DNA of 64,000 nt from an uncultured bacterium (GCA_963726455.1 CAVSCK010000004.1:1568001-1632000), one strand, 5' to 3'. Shown: positions 29,816 to 40,873, counted from the first letter of the stretch. Numbers and translations: made by a program. The notes: generated by a model from the sequence alone, not told the origin.

Positions 29816-30673
29816 TCACCGCTTCCGCAAGACCACTCCGCGACCCTTGCCGTTGTAATCTACGATGGTTTCCAGAATGTCGAAGCGAGCAGAATCCTGT
29901 ACTATTCGGCGAATTTCTGCCACTTGATTCTCACCGATCTCAAAAATCAGCAGCCCTCGCGGTTTAAGGTAACCAGGCGCCTCCTCGATCAACCTGCGGA
30001 TGACACTGAGTCCATCCGGTCCGGCCACCAGCGCCGTACGCGGCTCATATTCACGTACTTCCGGCATTAATCCAGCCAGGTCCGGCTCTGGAATGTAGGG
30101 TGGATTGGAGACGATCAGATCGAAGAGTTCCCCGCGCTCCAGCGGTTCCAGCAGGTTCCCTGTTCTCAAGACTACGCGATTCTCCAGGTTGTGGCCTTTC
30201 ACGTTTTCGCGGGCCAGTTCAAGGGCCGTGGGACTGATATCCGTCGCGATAATGCGAACATCGGGGCGGCTGACTGCCAAGGCAATAGCGATGCAGCCGG
30301 TTCCGGTACCGATATCGGCGGCCAGGGGATCACGCACGTCGACGATTGCATCGAGAGCGCGTTCGACGATTACCTCAGTTTCAGGCCGTGGAATCAGCGC
30401 GGATGGGGTGCACTTTATCGTGAGGCCGAACCATTCGGTTTCGCCGACGATGTATTGTAGCGGTTCGCGATTCAGTTTGCGGGCGATCAGAGAGCGATAT
30501 TCGTCAACGATCGGTTCGGGCACCGGGTCGGAATCCTTCACGTAAAGATCAACGCGGCGAAGCTTCAGGAGATGTCGGATTATGATTTCGGCAGCTACAC
30601 GGGGATTGACAATACTCGCGGATTTAAGCTGTTGTTGCCCCCAATCCAGCAGTTCGCGAATCGTGTGAGCCAT
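29816..30673 (-). CDS. prmC: Release factor glutamine methyltransferase
   Basis: LIPRPETE, DIGTGTG and SNPPY. Confidence 0.95.
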   Translation of the reverse strand: MAHTIRELLDWGQQQLKSASIVNPRVAAEIIIRHLLKLRRVDLYVKDSDPVPEPIVDEYRSLIARKLNREPLQYIVGETEWFGLTIKCTPSALIPRPETEVIVERALDAIVDVRDPLAADIGTGTGCIAIALAVSRPDVRIIATDISPTALELARENVKGHNLENRVVLRTGNLLEPLERGELFDLIVSNPPYIPEPDLAGLMPEVREYEPRTALVAGPDGLSVIRRLIEEAPGYLKPRGLLIFEIGENQVAEIRRIVQDSARFDILETIVDYNGKGRGVVLRKR

Positions 30674-30682
30674 CGCCCGCGA

Positions 30683-30904
30683 TCAGGCCAGGAGCCGGGC
30701 TACATGATCGGGAAAGGAGTCGGCCTGATGATGATAATTGCGATGCAAAGCACAGCCGTGACGTCTGCTTCCGAAAAGCGTGTAGTTTGGCGCGCTCGCT
30801 TCATCGATCTCTTCAGACGGGCCACCAAAGGACAGATCCGGCAACCCCATGACAGCAACACCGCCGACAACCGCTGCGCGTATCAAAAAATCGCGACGCT
30901 GCAT
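30683..30904 (-). CDS. Small protein with twin-arginine signal and His-rich C-terminus
   Basis: MQRRDFL followed by a hydrophobic stretch; lies 2 nt after the tldE stop and 9 nt before prmC. Confidence 0.6.
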   Translation of the reverse strand: MQRRDFLIRAAVVGGVAVMGLPDLSFGGPSEEIDEASAPNYTLFGSRRHGCALHRNYHHQADSFPDHVARLLA

Positions 30905-30906
30905 GC

Positions 30907-32244
30907 TTAACCTTCCGTTTTCTCAAGAGTGAAATACTTGACTTTCAGCGCCGGCACGAGCATCGCAACGGAATACTGCGGATACAACTGCCGTTCGCTG
31001 GAGACCATATCGACATTGTTGAGCGCTTCCATAATCGACTGACTGATACGCATATTCTTGATCGGTTTGGTGACTACGCCGTTTTCGATCATGAACGTGC
31101 CGTCGCGCGTGGTAGCAGTCACCATTGTCTTCATCGGGTTGAGGTAGTTCACATACCAGAAGTGGGTGATGTAGACACCCTTGACCGTCGATTTGACCAT
31201 CTCTGCCAGCGAGGTCGTACCGGCATCCATCACCATATGCTTGGGATAGGGGCCAAAACTATTGTTCGGCGGAAGCGCATGACCGGTGGACTCGACTCCG
31301 GCCAGACGGGCATAATACGAGTTATAGACTGCGCCTCTGGCAATCCCCTTCTCGATTAACGGCACCCGCTTGCGAGGAACGCCTTCGTAATCGAACGGCA
31401 CGCCCAGCATCTGCGGATGGAATGGGTCTTCGGTGATCGTGATATTTTCGCCACAAATCTTTTCGCCGATCTTGCCGGACATGAAGGAGCGTTTCTCAAC
31501 GAACGTCTTGCCGCCGAATCCCATGAACGCGAAGAACAGTAGTAACTGCCCGACAGCGGCGGGTTCAAGAATCACAGCATACTGGCCTGAATCGTACGGC
31601 ACCGGATCGGTAGAGCGCACGGCTTTATCCACGGCCGTCGTCGCCAACAGATCAGGATTTACGCGCTTGAAACTGCGGTCATAACCGATACTCCAGCCAG
31701 CGTTGTCTTTATTGCCCGTGACCGTCATCGACAGCTCGGACTTGGTACTACTATTGAACTGCTCGACGCCGAGTGAATTGACTACCGCCAATGTTTCGGT
31801 CGAGGTGCGAAACGCTCCGGCGGCCTGCAGGTCAGCTTTGTTGGATTTATCTATGACTTTCTTGACGGCATCGGCTCGTTGCTGCGGCGTACAGTCGGCG
31901 GTATCTTTGAAATAGGTCGTCGTCTTTTCGACCGGTTGCGGCGACGGCAGCGAACTGAACTGCTCATCAGCAGGCATCAATTGACTAATATCGCAGGCAT
32001 CCTTGACAGCGCGTCTAATGGCATCAGCGCTCAGATCACCGGTTGAAGTTATGCCAATCTTTTTATCCTTGATCGCACGAACATAAACGTTGGTGTCGGA
32101 GCGATACATGTTCTGATGTATTTGCGATTCGGCAACGCGCGTGAGACTCAGGTCTTCGCCGATCAACACGAGTTCGGTCTGGTCGGCCTTCGAGGTCGCT
32201 AATCCGGCTTTGAGAATCGTCAACGCCTGATCCTGATTGATCAT
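30907..32244 (-). CDS. TldE/PmbA family protein
   Basis: VILEPAAV, PFDYEGVP, STGH and TRDGTF motifs; ATGA overlap with tldD. Confidence 0.88.
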   Translation of the reverse strand: MINQDQALTILKAGLATSKADQTELVLIGEDLSLTRVAESQIHQNMYRSDTNVYVRAIKDKKIGITSTGDLSADAIRRAVKDACDISQLMPADEQFSSLPSPQPVEKTTTYFKDTADCTPQQRADAVKKVIDKSNKADLQAAGAFRTSTETLAVVNSLGVEQFNSSTKSELSMTVTGNKDNAGWSIGYDRSFKRVNPDLLATTAVDKAVRSTDPVPYDSGQYAVILEPAAVGQLLLFFAFMGFGGKTFVEKRSFMSGKIGEKICGENITITEDPFHPQMLGVPFDYEGVPRKRVPLIEKGIARGAVYNSYYARLAGVESTGHALPPNNSFGPYPKHMVMDAGTTSLAEMVKSTVKGVYITHFWYVNYLNPMKTMVTATTRDGTFMIENGVVTKPIKNMRISQSIMEALNNVDMVSSERQLYPQYSVAMLVPALKVKYFTLEKTEG

Positions 32245-33686
32245 GCTCCCACCTTCACATTACGAAATCTCAGGTATGCTGCGCCCTGCGCCGTGCGGGC
32301 GTTCTGGCCCGGTTCGCCTTTGCCGCAATTGGGCGTGCCCCAGAGTATCCAATCATCCTTGTGGCCGACGGAGTCGCAGCTATTCCAGAATTGCACAGTA
32401 TTGCCGCTGTAGCTCGGGGCTTTGATCATGCCGCCAAGTTTCCCGCCTTTGATTTCCCAGCCGATTTCGCCGCCGAGTGTGAAATTGTCGCGGTTGTCAT
32501 CTATCGACCAGGACGAGACGCCTTCGATGTACACGCCATCGTCAACCTCGGCGATCATGTCGGCGAATTTCTGCGTGCCCGGCTCAAGTAAGACGTTGGT
32601 GATGCGCACCAGTGGAATGCTTCCCCACCCGTCGGCGCGCGCCGCACCCGACGACGGCATCCCGATTCTCGCTGCGGTTTCGAGCGAGCTGAGATAGCCG
32701 ACGAGTTGGCCCTTCTGAATCAGTGGTACACGGCTGGTTGCCACACCCTCATCGTCAAACTTGAACGTTGCGAGCCCTCCGGCAAAGGTCGGATCGCTGT
32801 ATACATTGACTATGTCCGACGCATACTTGAGCTTGTTGAGCTTATCGGTCGTGGCGAAACTTGTGCCGGAGAAATTGCGCTCGGAACCGAAAACGCGATC
32901 GAGCTCCAGCGGATGACCGATCGATTCATGTATTTGTAACGACGCCAAATCGGGCGACAGTATTATCGTTGTAGTCTTGGCAGGACAATCAGCCGCCGTC
33001 GACATCGCCACGACCTCGGAAGTCAGTCGCTCAATTGCGTCCTCGATACCGAAGGTCTTGACTGCCTCAAACCCGCCGCTAACGAACTGGCCTGCTGAGG
33101 TCGGGAACGAGCGTTCGTAAACCTCGCGGCGGCTCTTCGCGATTCCGCAGGTGATACCGGCGCCGGTATGTGTCAATACCTGCTTGATTTCGCTGCCGGA
33201 ATTGGAGTAGAACAATTTGGTTTGACGGCGGAAATCGAGGAAGGTCGAACTGGAGTTGATCTGCGATGTCTTCGCGATCAACTCTTCCCAGTGCAAGAGC
33301 AGGTCAAGCTTGTCTTTATAGGCAAGCGCAAAGGGGTCGGTCGAAACCGGCGTTTCATAAGTCGCCTGACGCGCGGCCGGCTCGGCAAATTCAACTTTGT
33401 GGGTATTGACGCGGCGCGAAGCATCGGCGATGGCCATCGCCAATTTGGTGACGCGTTCACATTCAGCGGGATCAAATTTCGATGATGACGCAAATCCCCA
33501 GGAACCATCTTTCAAGACTCGAACGGCGTAGCCGGTCGAAACGGATTTCTCGACGGGGTTGACTTTTTTCGAAGTCGTAGACAGCCGCTCGGTCTCGATC
33601 TGCTCCACGCGCAGATGGCCATGCGAACAGGACTTGGCGGTAAGTTTGCGAACTACATCAGCGATTTTGCCGGCTTCTTCGATCAC
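32241..33686 (-). CDS. tldD: TldD family metalloprotease
   Basis: HESIGHPLELD zinc motif, FDDEG and CGKGEP. Confidence 0.9.
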   Translation of the reverse strand: MIEEAGKIADVVRKLTAKSCSHGHLRVEQIETERLSTTSKKVNPVEKSVSTGYAVRVLKDGSWGFASSSKFDPAECERVTKLAMAIADASRRVNTHKVEFAEPAARQATYETPVSTDPFALAYKDKLDLLLHWEELIAKTSQINSSSTFLDFRRQTKLFYSNSGSEIKQVLTHTGAGITCGIAKSRREVYERSFPTSAGQFVSGGFEAVKTFGIEDAIERLTSEVVAMSTAADCPAKTTTIILSPDLASLQIHESIGHPLELDRVFGSERNFSGTSFATTDKLNKLKYASDIVNVYSDPTFAGGLATFKFDDEGVATSRVPLIQKGQLVGYLSSLETAARIGMPSSGAARADGWGSIPLVRITNVLLEPGTQKFADMIAEVDDGVYIEGVSSWSIDDNRDNFTLGGEIGWEIKGGKLGGMIKAPSYSGNTVQFWNSCDSVGHKDDWILWGTPNCGKGEPGQNARTAQGAAYLRFRNVKVGA

Positions 33687-34552
33687 AATGGTATCCCTAC
33701 GAACAAATCTCCGGTCAAATAGACTGCAATCATAAACAGAACGCCGATTAAAGTCAAGATAACTGCGCCGCCCGCCGAGACAATATTTTTCTCCGGCCGG
33801 AAATGGAATAACGTACCCTTGAATAAGACGGGTAGAGCCAGCCAGTAGATAATCAGAATCTCCACCATCGTCTGGCTATGGTTTGATCCGACCGGCCAGC
33901 CACCCCACAGGTAGCCGAATCGGCTCTCGGAGACCAGTGTACCCGCAATCAGTCCTCCGCCGAGCAATAGCACAGCAACGGTAAGCACTCGGCGCGACAG
34001 ACGGCCAAGCCGACGTTCACCGCGATGCAATGTCATAGTATCAAACAACGACAGGAATCCGAAGATCGCGGCGAGATACATGAGCCCCACTTGCACCGAC
34101 CAGAGCGCCAAGGTCGGCGTGCCCTCGAAGTAGAGCCGGATATCCAGCCCCTTGCCTTCCGGAATGCGGGCGATCAGGCGGCCATTGGTCGTGGTCAGCT
34201 CAAGATGGTAGTAATAGACCTGACCCTTGGGCAGGCGCGGAATCGTAGAGGAATGCAGATCATAACTGCCCGCGACGCGATCCATCTTCTTCGCAATGTA
34301 GTTGGAATCGCTCGCCAGCCGGTAGAGAAGATTCAATTCGTATGCTGATGTGTCGGCGGGCGTCGTGACCCAGGCGGTTATTTCCGGATCTTTGTCGACT
34401 GACTGGCGGTGAACGGCATCATGATCGACAAGAAAGCGTTCCGCCGAGGCGTCGAAGTAGTCCCGCTCTTGCGACTGTTGTGTAAATCGAGGTGTAATCC
34501 AAAAAAGCAGCAGTGTTAACAGGAAAGAGAGAAATACTTTAACGAGCTTCAA
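33683..34552 (-). CDS. Hypothetical membrane protein (extracytoplasmic domain plus 4 TM)
   Basis: ORF overlaps both neighbours by 4 nt; hydrophobic segments. Confidence 0.7.
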   Translation of the reverse strand: MKLVKVFLSFLLTLLLFWITPRFTQQSQERDYFDASAERFLVDHDAVHRQSVDKDPEITAWVTTPADTSAYELNLLYRLASDSNYIAKKMDRVAGSYDLHSSTIPRLPKGQVYYYHLELTTTNGRLIARIPEGKGLDIRLYFEGTPTLALWSVQVGLMYLAAIFGFLSLFDTMTLHRGERRLGRLSRRVLTVAVLLLGGGLIAGTLVSESRFGYLWGGWPVGSNHSQTMVEILIIYWLALPVLFKGTLFHFRPEKNIVSAGGAVILTLIGVLFMIAVYLTGDLFVGIPL

Positions 34553-35634
34553 TCCACCTCCGCCAGTTCTCCAGCTTTCTTAAGACTCTCTTCCTGATCC
34601 TTCGCTTGTAACGCCACAATGAATTCATCGATATCGCCCGCGAGCACATCGGTCAACTTGTACAAGGTAAGATTTATGCGATGATCGGTCACGCGATTTT
34701 GCGGATAATTGTAAGTTCTGATTTTTTCCGAACGGTCGCCGGAGCCGACCATCGACTTGCGCGCCGAGGCAATCTTCGCCTGCTGTTCGGCGACGGCATG
34801 GTCAAGCAAGCGCGCCCGCAGGACTTTCATCGCTTTGTTCTTGTTCTTGAGCTGCGATTTTTCGTCCTGACACGACACGACAGTTCCCGTCGGAATGTGT
34901 GTAATGCGCACCGCTGAGTCAGTCGTGTTGACCGACTGGCCACCGGGACCGGACGAGCGGAACACATCAATTCGCAGTTCCTCAGGATTGATCGCAATAT
35001 CAACCTCATCGGCTTCAGGCAGCACCGCGACGGACGATGCTGACGTATGGATTCTGCCGGATGCCTCCGTAGCCGGAACCCGCTGGACGCGGTGCACTCC
35101 CGATTCGTATTTAAGCCGCGAAAAGACATTCTCGCCGGACACCGAGAAGATTACTTCCTTGAGCCCGCCGACTCCCGTTGGGTTGGAGTTCATGATTTCG
35201 ATCTTGAAACCCTTGGCATCGGCATAGCGCGAATACATGCGGAACAGGTCGGCGACAAAAAGTCCGGCCTCTTCCCCACCGGTACCGGCGCGTATTTCGA
35301 CAATGACGTTCTTGGTGTCGTTGGGGTCGCGCGGCAGCAACAGGAGCTTGAGTTGTGCCTGCACAGTTTCCAGTTCCGCTTCCGTCTGCTGCAATTCCAT
35401 TTCTGCGAGCTGCACGAGTTCGGCATCCGCGCCTTCGGCGATGATCTTGTGCGCCTCGTCGACGGCGTTGCGGAGTCTGCGGTATTTCTGCCCAACGGCG
35501 ACCACTTCGCTCAATTCCTTATGTTCGCGCGACAGCCGCGAAAACAGGCGACGGTCGGAGTGGACTTTCGGGTCGGAAAGCTCGCGCGAGATATTATCGA
35601 GCTTCTCTTCGACTGATTTAACTATCTCAAGCAT
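34549..35634 (-). CDS. prfA: Peptide chain release factor 1
   Basis: GGQ motif and PAT tripeptide (RVPATE); ATG at 35634. Confidence 0.96.
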   Translation of the reverse strand: MLEIVKSVEEKLDNISRELSDPKVHSDRRLFSRLSREHKELSEVVAVGQKYRRLRNAVDEAHKIIAEGADAELVQLAEMELQQTEAELETVQAQLKLLLLPRDPNDTKNVIVEIRAGTGGEEAGLFVADLFRMYSRYADAKGFKIEIMNSNPTGVGGLKEVIFSVSGENVFSRLKYESGVHRVQRVPATEASGRIHTSASSVAVLPEADEVDIAINPEELRIDVFRSSGPGGQSVNTTDSAVRITHIPTGTVVSCQDEKSQLKNKNKAMKVLRARLLDHAVAEQQAKIASARKSMVGSGDRSEKIRTYNYPQNRVTDHRINLTLYKLTDVLAGDIDEFIVALQAKDQEESLKKAGELAEVD

Positions 35635-36577
35635 CGGCGAACTCTCTGACTTCGACGTTCTGCGGCATGCCGAGCGAGGCGCGCACCGCAACGACGGCAA
35701 CTTCCAGTTGTTCCGGGGTGGGTTCTTTCGTGGTGATCAATTGCAGCCAGAGGCCGGGACGGATCATGATTTTGGTGAACCGGTTGTCACGTGTCTTGCC
35801 GGACAGTTTAAGCAGTTCATACGACCCGCCGGATACCAGCGGCAGCAAGGCGAAATGCACACCGAAACGCACGAATAGTTGCGGCGGATGGCCGGTCTTG
35901 AGTTGATACAACGTGTCGGCTATGGCGAAAATCAAAATCGCAAAGAGCGCAACAATCAGAATGAACGATGTGCCGCAACGCGGATGCAGAGTTGTATACT
36001 TGGTCGCATTCTCAACGGAGATATCTTCCTTGTTTTCCCACGCCCAGATTGACTTATGCTCGGCGCCGTGATATTCGAAAATGCGGCGGAAATCCTTGAA
36101 CAGAGTCAGAATCCAGACATAGGCGACAAACATGGTCACGCGAATCCCGCCCGCAACGAGGTTAAACAGAAGCGCGTCTTTCTGGATGCCAAACAGCGAA
36201 GTGATCCACAGGGGCAGGAAGAAGAAGAACGCAATACCGACTGCCAGCGCAACCACGACACTGACTGCGAGCATGATGGTGTTCGGCTTTGATGACACGA
36301 CCGGATCCTTGCCGTTCTGGCGGTCAATATCTTGTCCGGCGATTTCGGCGGAGAAATTCAACGACGAAATGCCAATGCCCATCATCTCGAACAGCGCGAC
36401 AAACCCGCGCAGAATCGGCCAGGAAAAGATCTTGATACGCTTCGACAACGGCAGATACGGCTTGGTCTTCACCAAAATCGACTTGTCGGCGCGCCTGACC
36501 GCGGTGGAAATATGCGTCGCGGAACGGATCATGACGCCTTCGATGACTGCCTGTCCGCCTACTTGAAAATCCGCCAT
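35627..36577 (-). CDS. DUF1385 (YqhQ-like) membrane protein
   Basis: [17 protein letters not shown] and HPRCGTSF. Confidence 0.9.
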   Translation of the reverse strand: MADFQVGGQAVIEGVMIRSATHISTAVRRADKSILVKTKPYLPLSKRIKIFSWPILRGFVALFEMMGIGISSLNFSAEIAGQDIDRQNGKDPVVSSKPNTIMLAVSVVVALAVGIAFFFFLPLWITSLFGIQKDALLFNLVAGGIRVTMFVAYVWILTLFKDFRRIFEYHGAEHKSIWAWENKEDISVENATKYTTLHPRCGTSFILIVALFAILIFAIADTLYQLKTGHPPQLFVRFGVHFALLPLVSGGSYELLKLSGKTRDNRFTKIMIRPGLWLQLITTKEPTPEQLEVAVVAVRASLGMPQNVEVREFADA

Positions 36578-36630
36578 CTATATCCTCTGAAGAATTACGC
36601 TTTCAATCCAACAACGTGAAATTTTCACCC

Positions 36631-36681
36631 AAATACAAAACGGCAGGCGTAGTTTTACCACTACTCCTGCCATTGTATTTT
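36631..36681 (-). terminator. Hairpin or terminator after rpmE
   Basis: AAATACAA..GGCAGG..GTAG / CTAC..CCTGCC..TTGTATTT inverted repeat. Confidence 0.5.
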
Positions 36682-36690
36682 GAAATTAAG

Positions 36691-36933
36691 CTAGCTGTCG
36701 GCTTTGGGATGTGCCGGGGCCGGCATCGGGGTCTTCTGGCCGTATTTGCGGCGGAAGCGATCGACGCGACCGGCGGTATCGACCAGCTTCTGCCGTCCGG
36801 TATAAAACGGGTGGCAGGCGGAGCAAAGGTCGACCGACATATCTTTGGCCATCGTCGAACGCGTCTCAAACTCGTTGCCGCAGGCGCATTTGACTTTGAC
36901 CTTAACGTACTTGGGATGAATTTCTGGTTTCAC
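36691..36933 (-). CDS. rpmE: 50S ribosomal protein L31 (zinc-binding type)
   Basis: [22 protein letters not shown]; AGGAG RBS and GTG at 36933. Confidence 0.95.
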   Translation of the reverse strand: MKPEIHPKYVKVKVKCACGNEFETRSTMAKDMSVDLCSACHPFYTGRQKLVDTAGRVDRFRRKYGQKTPMPAPAHPKADS

Positions 36934-36971
36934 GTGTTTTCCACTCCTAAACTCAGTCACATTAGCTGATT

Positions 36972-37000
36972 ATTATATCAATGGATCCGGTTCTTGGCAA
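36972..37000 (-). promoter_or_regulatory. sigma70 promoter for the rpmE operon
   Basis: TTGCCA-N17-TATAAT with extended -10 TG. Confidence 0.7.
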
Positions 37001-37194
37001 GTGATCTTTTCGATTGTCGTACTTTTTCAAAGTTCCCGGGCGTCAACCTTCGGTATTTCAGTCAGTTACAAGGCCGCAGGCCAAAACAGAACCGAGTCGG
37101 GACTTCAGGCTAGGTTTGTCAATGGATGTATCCCGACTCCAGTTCAGTCAACGGATCAATCGTTGTCGAAGGATAGAACCGGAGATACGAGGAA

Positions 37195-37725
37195 TTGTTC
37201 CTGTGGGTCAAAATTGCTTCGCCAACACGATTAAATGATTGCGATACAAATCCACTTCTGCAATCTTGCCACGTGGGTCAGGATGCACTCCGAAAAGGCA
37301 GGATATCGCTCCCCGGGCACTACTATCATGTGATCAGCAAGACACTTGATGACATTGCGCTCTTCACCAGTATCGAGACTTGTCGACCGGTCGCGCATGC
37401 CTTGGCGAGTCTCGCAAGCGAGCAACTGATTCAAAATATCGCCTGGGTCTTGATGCCCAATCACTTTCATTGGTTACTCAAGCTCGGTGAAAGCCTCACC
37501 CTTTCTCAGGTTGTAGGCAGATTCAAGGGACGGGCAAGCCACGACCTGAACATTGTATTACATCGCTCCGATCCGGTCTGGGAGCGGGCATTCTTCGATC
37601 GCGCCTTGCGTAAAGATGAGGACGTTAGACGGGTTGCAGAGTACATCGTAAGCAATCCCGTTCGAGCGGGTCTTGTCAATGATATCGGGCAGTTTCCCTA
37701 TTGGGATGCATGCTGGCTGGAATGA
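37195..37725 (+). mobile_element. REP-associated tyrosine transposase (RAYT, IS200-like Y1 HUH); true start possibly GTG near 37273
   Basis: LRKGR..PG.YYHV, WVLMPNHFHW (HUH), W...FFDRALR and YIVSNPVRAGL (catalytic Tyr); REP cluster alongside. Confidence 0.88.
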
Positions 37726-37742
37726 TGTTTGTCCAGTGAAGA

Positions 37743-38068
37743 TCGCGGCCAAAACGGCTCCTACAAATAAGGCATTAATCGACCGGGTATGAAGCTGATC
37801 GAGGGCGCGCTAGTCGAACATCGCGGCTGAAGCCGCTCCTACCTCACAAGGAGTTGATTTGCCGTGTATGATAATGGTCGGAGCAACTTTGATTGAAGGT
37901 CGCGACTTGCTTGATTGGTGACACCGGCTATGAGGAAGTCGCGCCTAAAGTCGCTCCTACAACCAAGATGAGGTGTCCGTTGTCTAGTCAAATTGTAGGA
38001 GCGACTTTAGGCGCGACAACTCATTAGAGATCTACCTCAAACTCTTGTAGGAGCGGCTTAAGCCACGA
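37743..38068. repeat. Cluster of five GTAG REP elements
   Basis: Copies at 37743-64(-), 37821-42(-), 37939-60(-), 37995-38016(+) and 38047-68(+), all starting GTAGGAGC and ending in CGA. The 3rd and 4th are perfect inverted copies. Confidence 0.88.
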
Positions 38069-38099
38069 TAGCTCTCTTTTCTCAAGTCGCACGAACAAC

Positions 38100-38126
38100 G
38101 TCAAAACCGAAGCGGTTTTGACCTAC
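38100..38126 (-). repeat. GTAG-tagged palindrome of a second REP family
   Basis: GTAG-GTCAAAACCG-CTT-CGGTTTTGAC on the minus strand. Confidence 0.55.
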
Positions 38127-38153
38127 AGAACTTCCAAAACTGTTCTTGAAAGC

Positions 38154-38618
38154 CTATCGCGCGCGATGAAGCGTGATCAACCTCTTCACAATTCCGCGCG
38201 ACCAGTACATTCTACCCGTTGCGTCACATGCGAAGGCAACGTACTTGTCTGAAGAGAATCCAATGTCCGTCTCATCAACGAGATACGATTCGGATTTGCC
38301 TTCGCCGATTTCGCGCGAACCTTTCTGAAGCGAATCTGCCGCAATGAAGGCATAAGTCGAGTGACCCTTCGGGCAAAGCATGCCCACCTTTGAGATTGTC
38401 ACTGGTCTTCTACCTCGATTTGCCACAATGACACAGATATATGACTTCGCTCTGTAGATCGGATTCGGTGGATGAATAGCATATCCGCCCGAGACTTTGA
38501 CAATTACGTGATGCTTGTCGCGCCTGTACATCATGAATTGGATGACAGCCACAATTGATGCGACTAGCGCTCCGTATATGCCGATTACGAGGGAGACTTC
38601 CACGTTGCCCCACTGCAC
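38154..38618 (-). CDS. Hypothetical protein with N-terminal membrane anchor
   Basis: 154-aa ORF; hydrophobic N-terminus followed by a beta-rich domain. Confidence 0.55.
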   Translation of the reverse strand: MQWGNVEVSLVIGIYGALVASIVAVIQFMMYRRDKHHVIVKVSGGYAIHPPNPIYRAKSYICVIVANRGRRPVTISKVGMLCPKGHSTYAFIAADSLQKGSREIGEGKSESYLVDETDIGFSSDKYVAFACDATGRMYWSRGIVKRLITLHRAR

Positions 38619-38647
38619 GATTCGTTCTAAGGCGTCGCTTTGGTTTC

Positions 38648-39895
38648 CTAGTCCTTCATCGAATCCAAGAACTTCTTGTTCGTCTTGGATTTCCGCAGGC
38701 GGTCGAGCAGGAATTCCATCGCCTCGATGGCGTTCATGTCGGCCAAGAATTTCCGCAGAATCCAGATGCGCGACAACTCGGTGGCATCCAGCAACAACTC
38801 TTCCTTACGCGTGGACGAACGATTGATGTCCATGGCGGGGAAAATACGCCGGTCGGCCAGACGACGGTCAAGCACGATTTCGGAGTTACCGGTACCTTTG
38901 AATTCTTCGAAAATTACTTCGTCCATGCGCGAGCCGGTTTCAATCAGGGCCGTGCCGACGATCGTCAGCGAGCCGCCTTCCTCGATGTTTCTGGCGGCGC
39001 CAAAGAAACGTTTCGGCTTCTGCAACGCGTTGGAGTCGACACCACCGGACAGAATCTTGCCCGAATGCGGCACGACGGCGTTATGGGCGCGCGCCAGACG
39101 CGTGATCGAGTCGAGCAGAATCACGACGTGATGCTGATGCTCAACCAGGCGCTTGGCTTTCTGCAGCACCATTTCGGCAACCTGCACGTGGCGTTCCGCC
39201 GGTTCATCGAAAGTCGATGACACGACCTCGCCCTTAACCGAGCGCTTCATGTCGGTCACTTCCTCCGGGCGCTCGTCGATCAACAGCACGATCAGCTTGC
39301 ATTCCGGATGGTTGGTCGTGATTGAATTGGCCAGCTTCTGCAGGATGATCGTCTTACCGGCTTTCGGCGGCGACACGATCAATGCGCGCTGGCCTTTGCC
39401 AATCGGACACATCAAATCGAGTACACGCGTGGTGACCTCTTCCGGCTGAGTTTCCAGGTGGAAACGCTCATTCGGATAAAGCGGCGTCAGGTTATCGAAG
39501 AGAATCTTGTGTTTGGCAATTTCAGGATTTTCGAAATTGACCGCTTCAATCTTGAGCAGCGCAAAGTAGCGTTCGGACTCTTTTGGCGGACGAACCTGGC
39601 CGGAGATGATGTCGCCGGTACGCAGGTCGAAACGCTTGATTTGTGACGGCGAAACATAGATGTCGTCCGGGCCGGGAAGGTAGTTGTAGTCGGAAGAACG
39701 CAGGAAGCCGTAGCCCTCCTCCAGGATTTCCAGCACGCCCTCGCCAAAGATCAAGCCGTCTTTTTCGGTTTTTGCTTCCAGAATTTTGAAAATCAGCTCG
39801 GATTTGCGTAAACCCGAGACGCCGGGAATCTCCAATTCCTCCGCGTGCTTCAACAGCTCGGCGATGGTTTTGGATTTAAGCTCGACGATGTCCAT
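38648..39895 (-). CDS. rho: Transcription termination factor Rho
   Basis: GYGFLR, PIGKGQR, PPKAGKT and DERPEEVT. Confidence 0.98.
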   Translation of the reverse strand: MDIVELKSKTIAELLKHAEELEIPGVSGLRKSELIFKILEAKTEKDGLIFGEGVLEILEEGYGFLRSSDYNYLPGPDDIYVSPSQIKRFDLRTGDIISGQVRPPKESERYFALLKIEAVNFENPEIAKHKILFDNLTPLYPNERFHLETQPEEVTTRVLDLMCPIGKGQRALIVSPPKAGKTIILQKLANSITTNHPECKLIVLLIDERPEEVTDMKRSVKGEVVSSTFDEPAERHVQVAEMVLQKAKRLVEHQHHVVILLDSITRLARAHNAVVPHSGKILSGGVDSNALQKPKRFFGAARNIEEGGSLTIVGTALIETGSRMDEVIFEEFKGTGNSEIVLDRRLADRRIFPAMDINRSSTRKEELLLDATELSRIWILRKFLADMNAIEAMEFLLDRLRKSKTNKKFLDSMKD

Positions 39896-39975
39896 AACAG
39901 GTGAATCCTTTCAGGTATATTATTTAGAATTAAAATTTCCGCTTATCTGCCAGCCCCCGCAGGTGTGATGAAAGG

Positions 39976-40392
39976 TCAGGCGGCGACTTCTTCAGCCGGA
40001 GCGTCGCCCCAAAGATCCTCTAAGCCGTAAAACTCTCTAACCTCTCGTACAAACACATGTACGACGACATCAACGTAATCCAATAACACCCAGCGCAATG
40101 ATTCGTAGCCTTCGCGATGCCAGTATCTTTCGCCGTCTTGCTGCAGCACTTCAGAGATGTGGTCGGCGATGGCCCGGACCTGGACGTCGGCATCGGCGCT
40201 GCAAATCACGAAGTAATCGCAGATCGTCGAGAGTTTGCTCAGGTCCAGTATCCTGATATCATACGCTTTCTTGTCCAGGGCAAGATCAGCAATCTTGCGC
40301 GCCAGATCGTGAGAGGTCGTTAGGGAGCTTAAGGTCTGAATCTCCTTTCTCGAGTTAGTTAGCGGTTGTCGCGCGTGATAAGTATCTGTCAT
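39976..40392 (-). CDS. rsfS: Ribosome silencing factor; start uncertain
   Basis: DKKA, DYFVICS and WVLLDYVDVVVHVF..REFYGLEDLW. Confidence 0.9.
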   Translation of the reverse strand: MTDTYHARQPLTNSRKEIQTLSSLTTSHDLARKIADLALDKKAYDIRILDLSKLSTICDYFVICSADADVQVRAIADHISEVLQQDGERYWHREGYESLRWVLLDYVDVVVHVFVREVREFYGLEDLWGDAPAEEVAA

Positions 40393-40873
40393 AATCCAGG
40401 CCGACAACCAGTGAATAATCTATGTCCAGGAAGTTGTCCTCCAACTCCTTGAAGGTAACCAATTCCGCGGGAACTCCCAGTTTGGCCGCCAGCCGCGCCG
40501 CATTGGGATCGGCGGTTTTGCGGGCGATCAACATGGTCTTTTCCTGCTTGAAAGATCCGAAATTACGGTCATCAATTACGTCAATCACGAAATCCGGCTT
40601 GCCGGTGTCGCGCAGAAACTTGGAAAATTTGGCGGCAATTCCGGTCACGCCGCAACCGTTCAGCACCTGCATCCGCAGGTTGACCGGTTCGAATACCTGT
40701 GATTGCGATTGTCCCTTGGGTGGCTGCGGGGCGCTTTCTCCCTGCGTGTACTTGAGGGCAACTGAGCCGACAAACACCAATACCGTCAGTGACACGACAA
40801 TCAGTAAGAAGTCGATTATTCGGCTGCCCCTTCTGGGTTTAGCCGCCTTGGATTTAGTACGATCCGCTTTCAA
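40355..40873 (-). CDS. LytR C-terminal domain protein
   Basis: TM followed by QVLNGCGVTGIA...VVGLDY. Confidence 0.8.
   Translation of the reverse strand: MKADRTKSKAAKPRRGSRIIDFLLIVVSLTVLVFVGSVALKYTQGESAPQPPKGQSQSQVFEPVNLRMQVLNGCGVTGIAAKFSKFLRDTGKPDFVIDVIDDRNFGSFKQEKTMLIARKTADPNAARLAAKLGVPAELVTFKELEDNFLDIDYSLVVGLDYDRYLSRATTAN

Noticed and set aside
37743-38068. CRISPR array
   Set aside because: The repeats are in both orientations, irregularly spaced, GTAG-tagged and next to a RAYT, with no cas genes. They are REPs.
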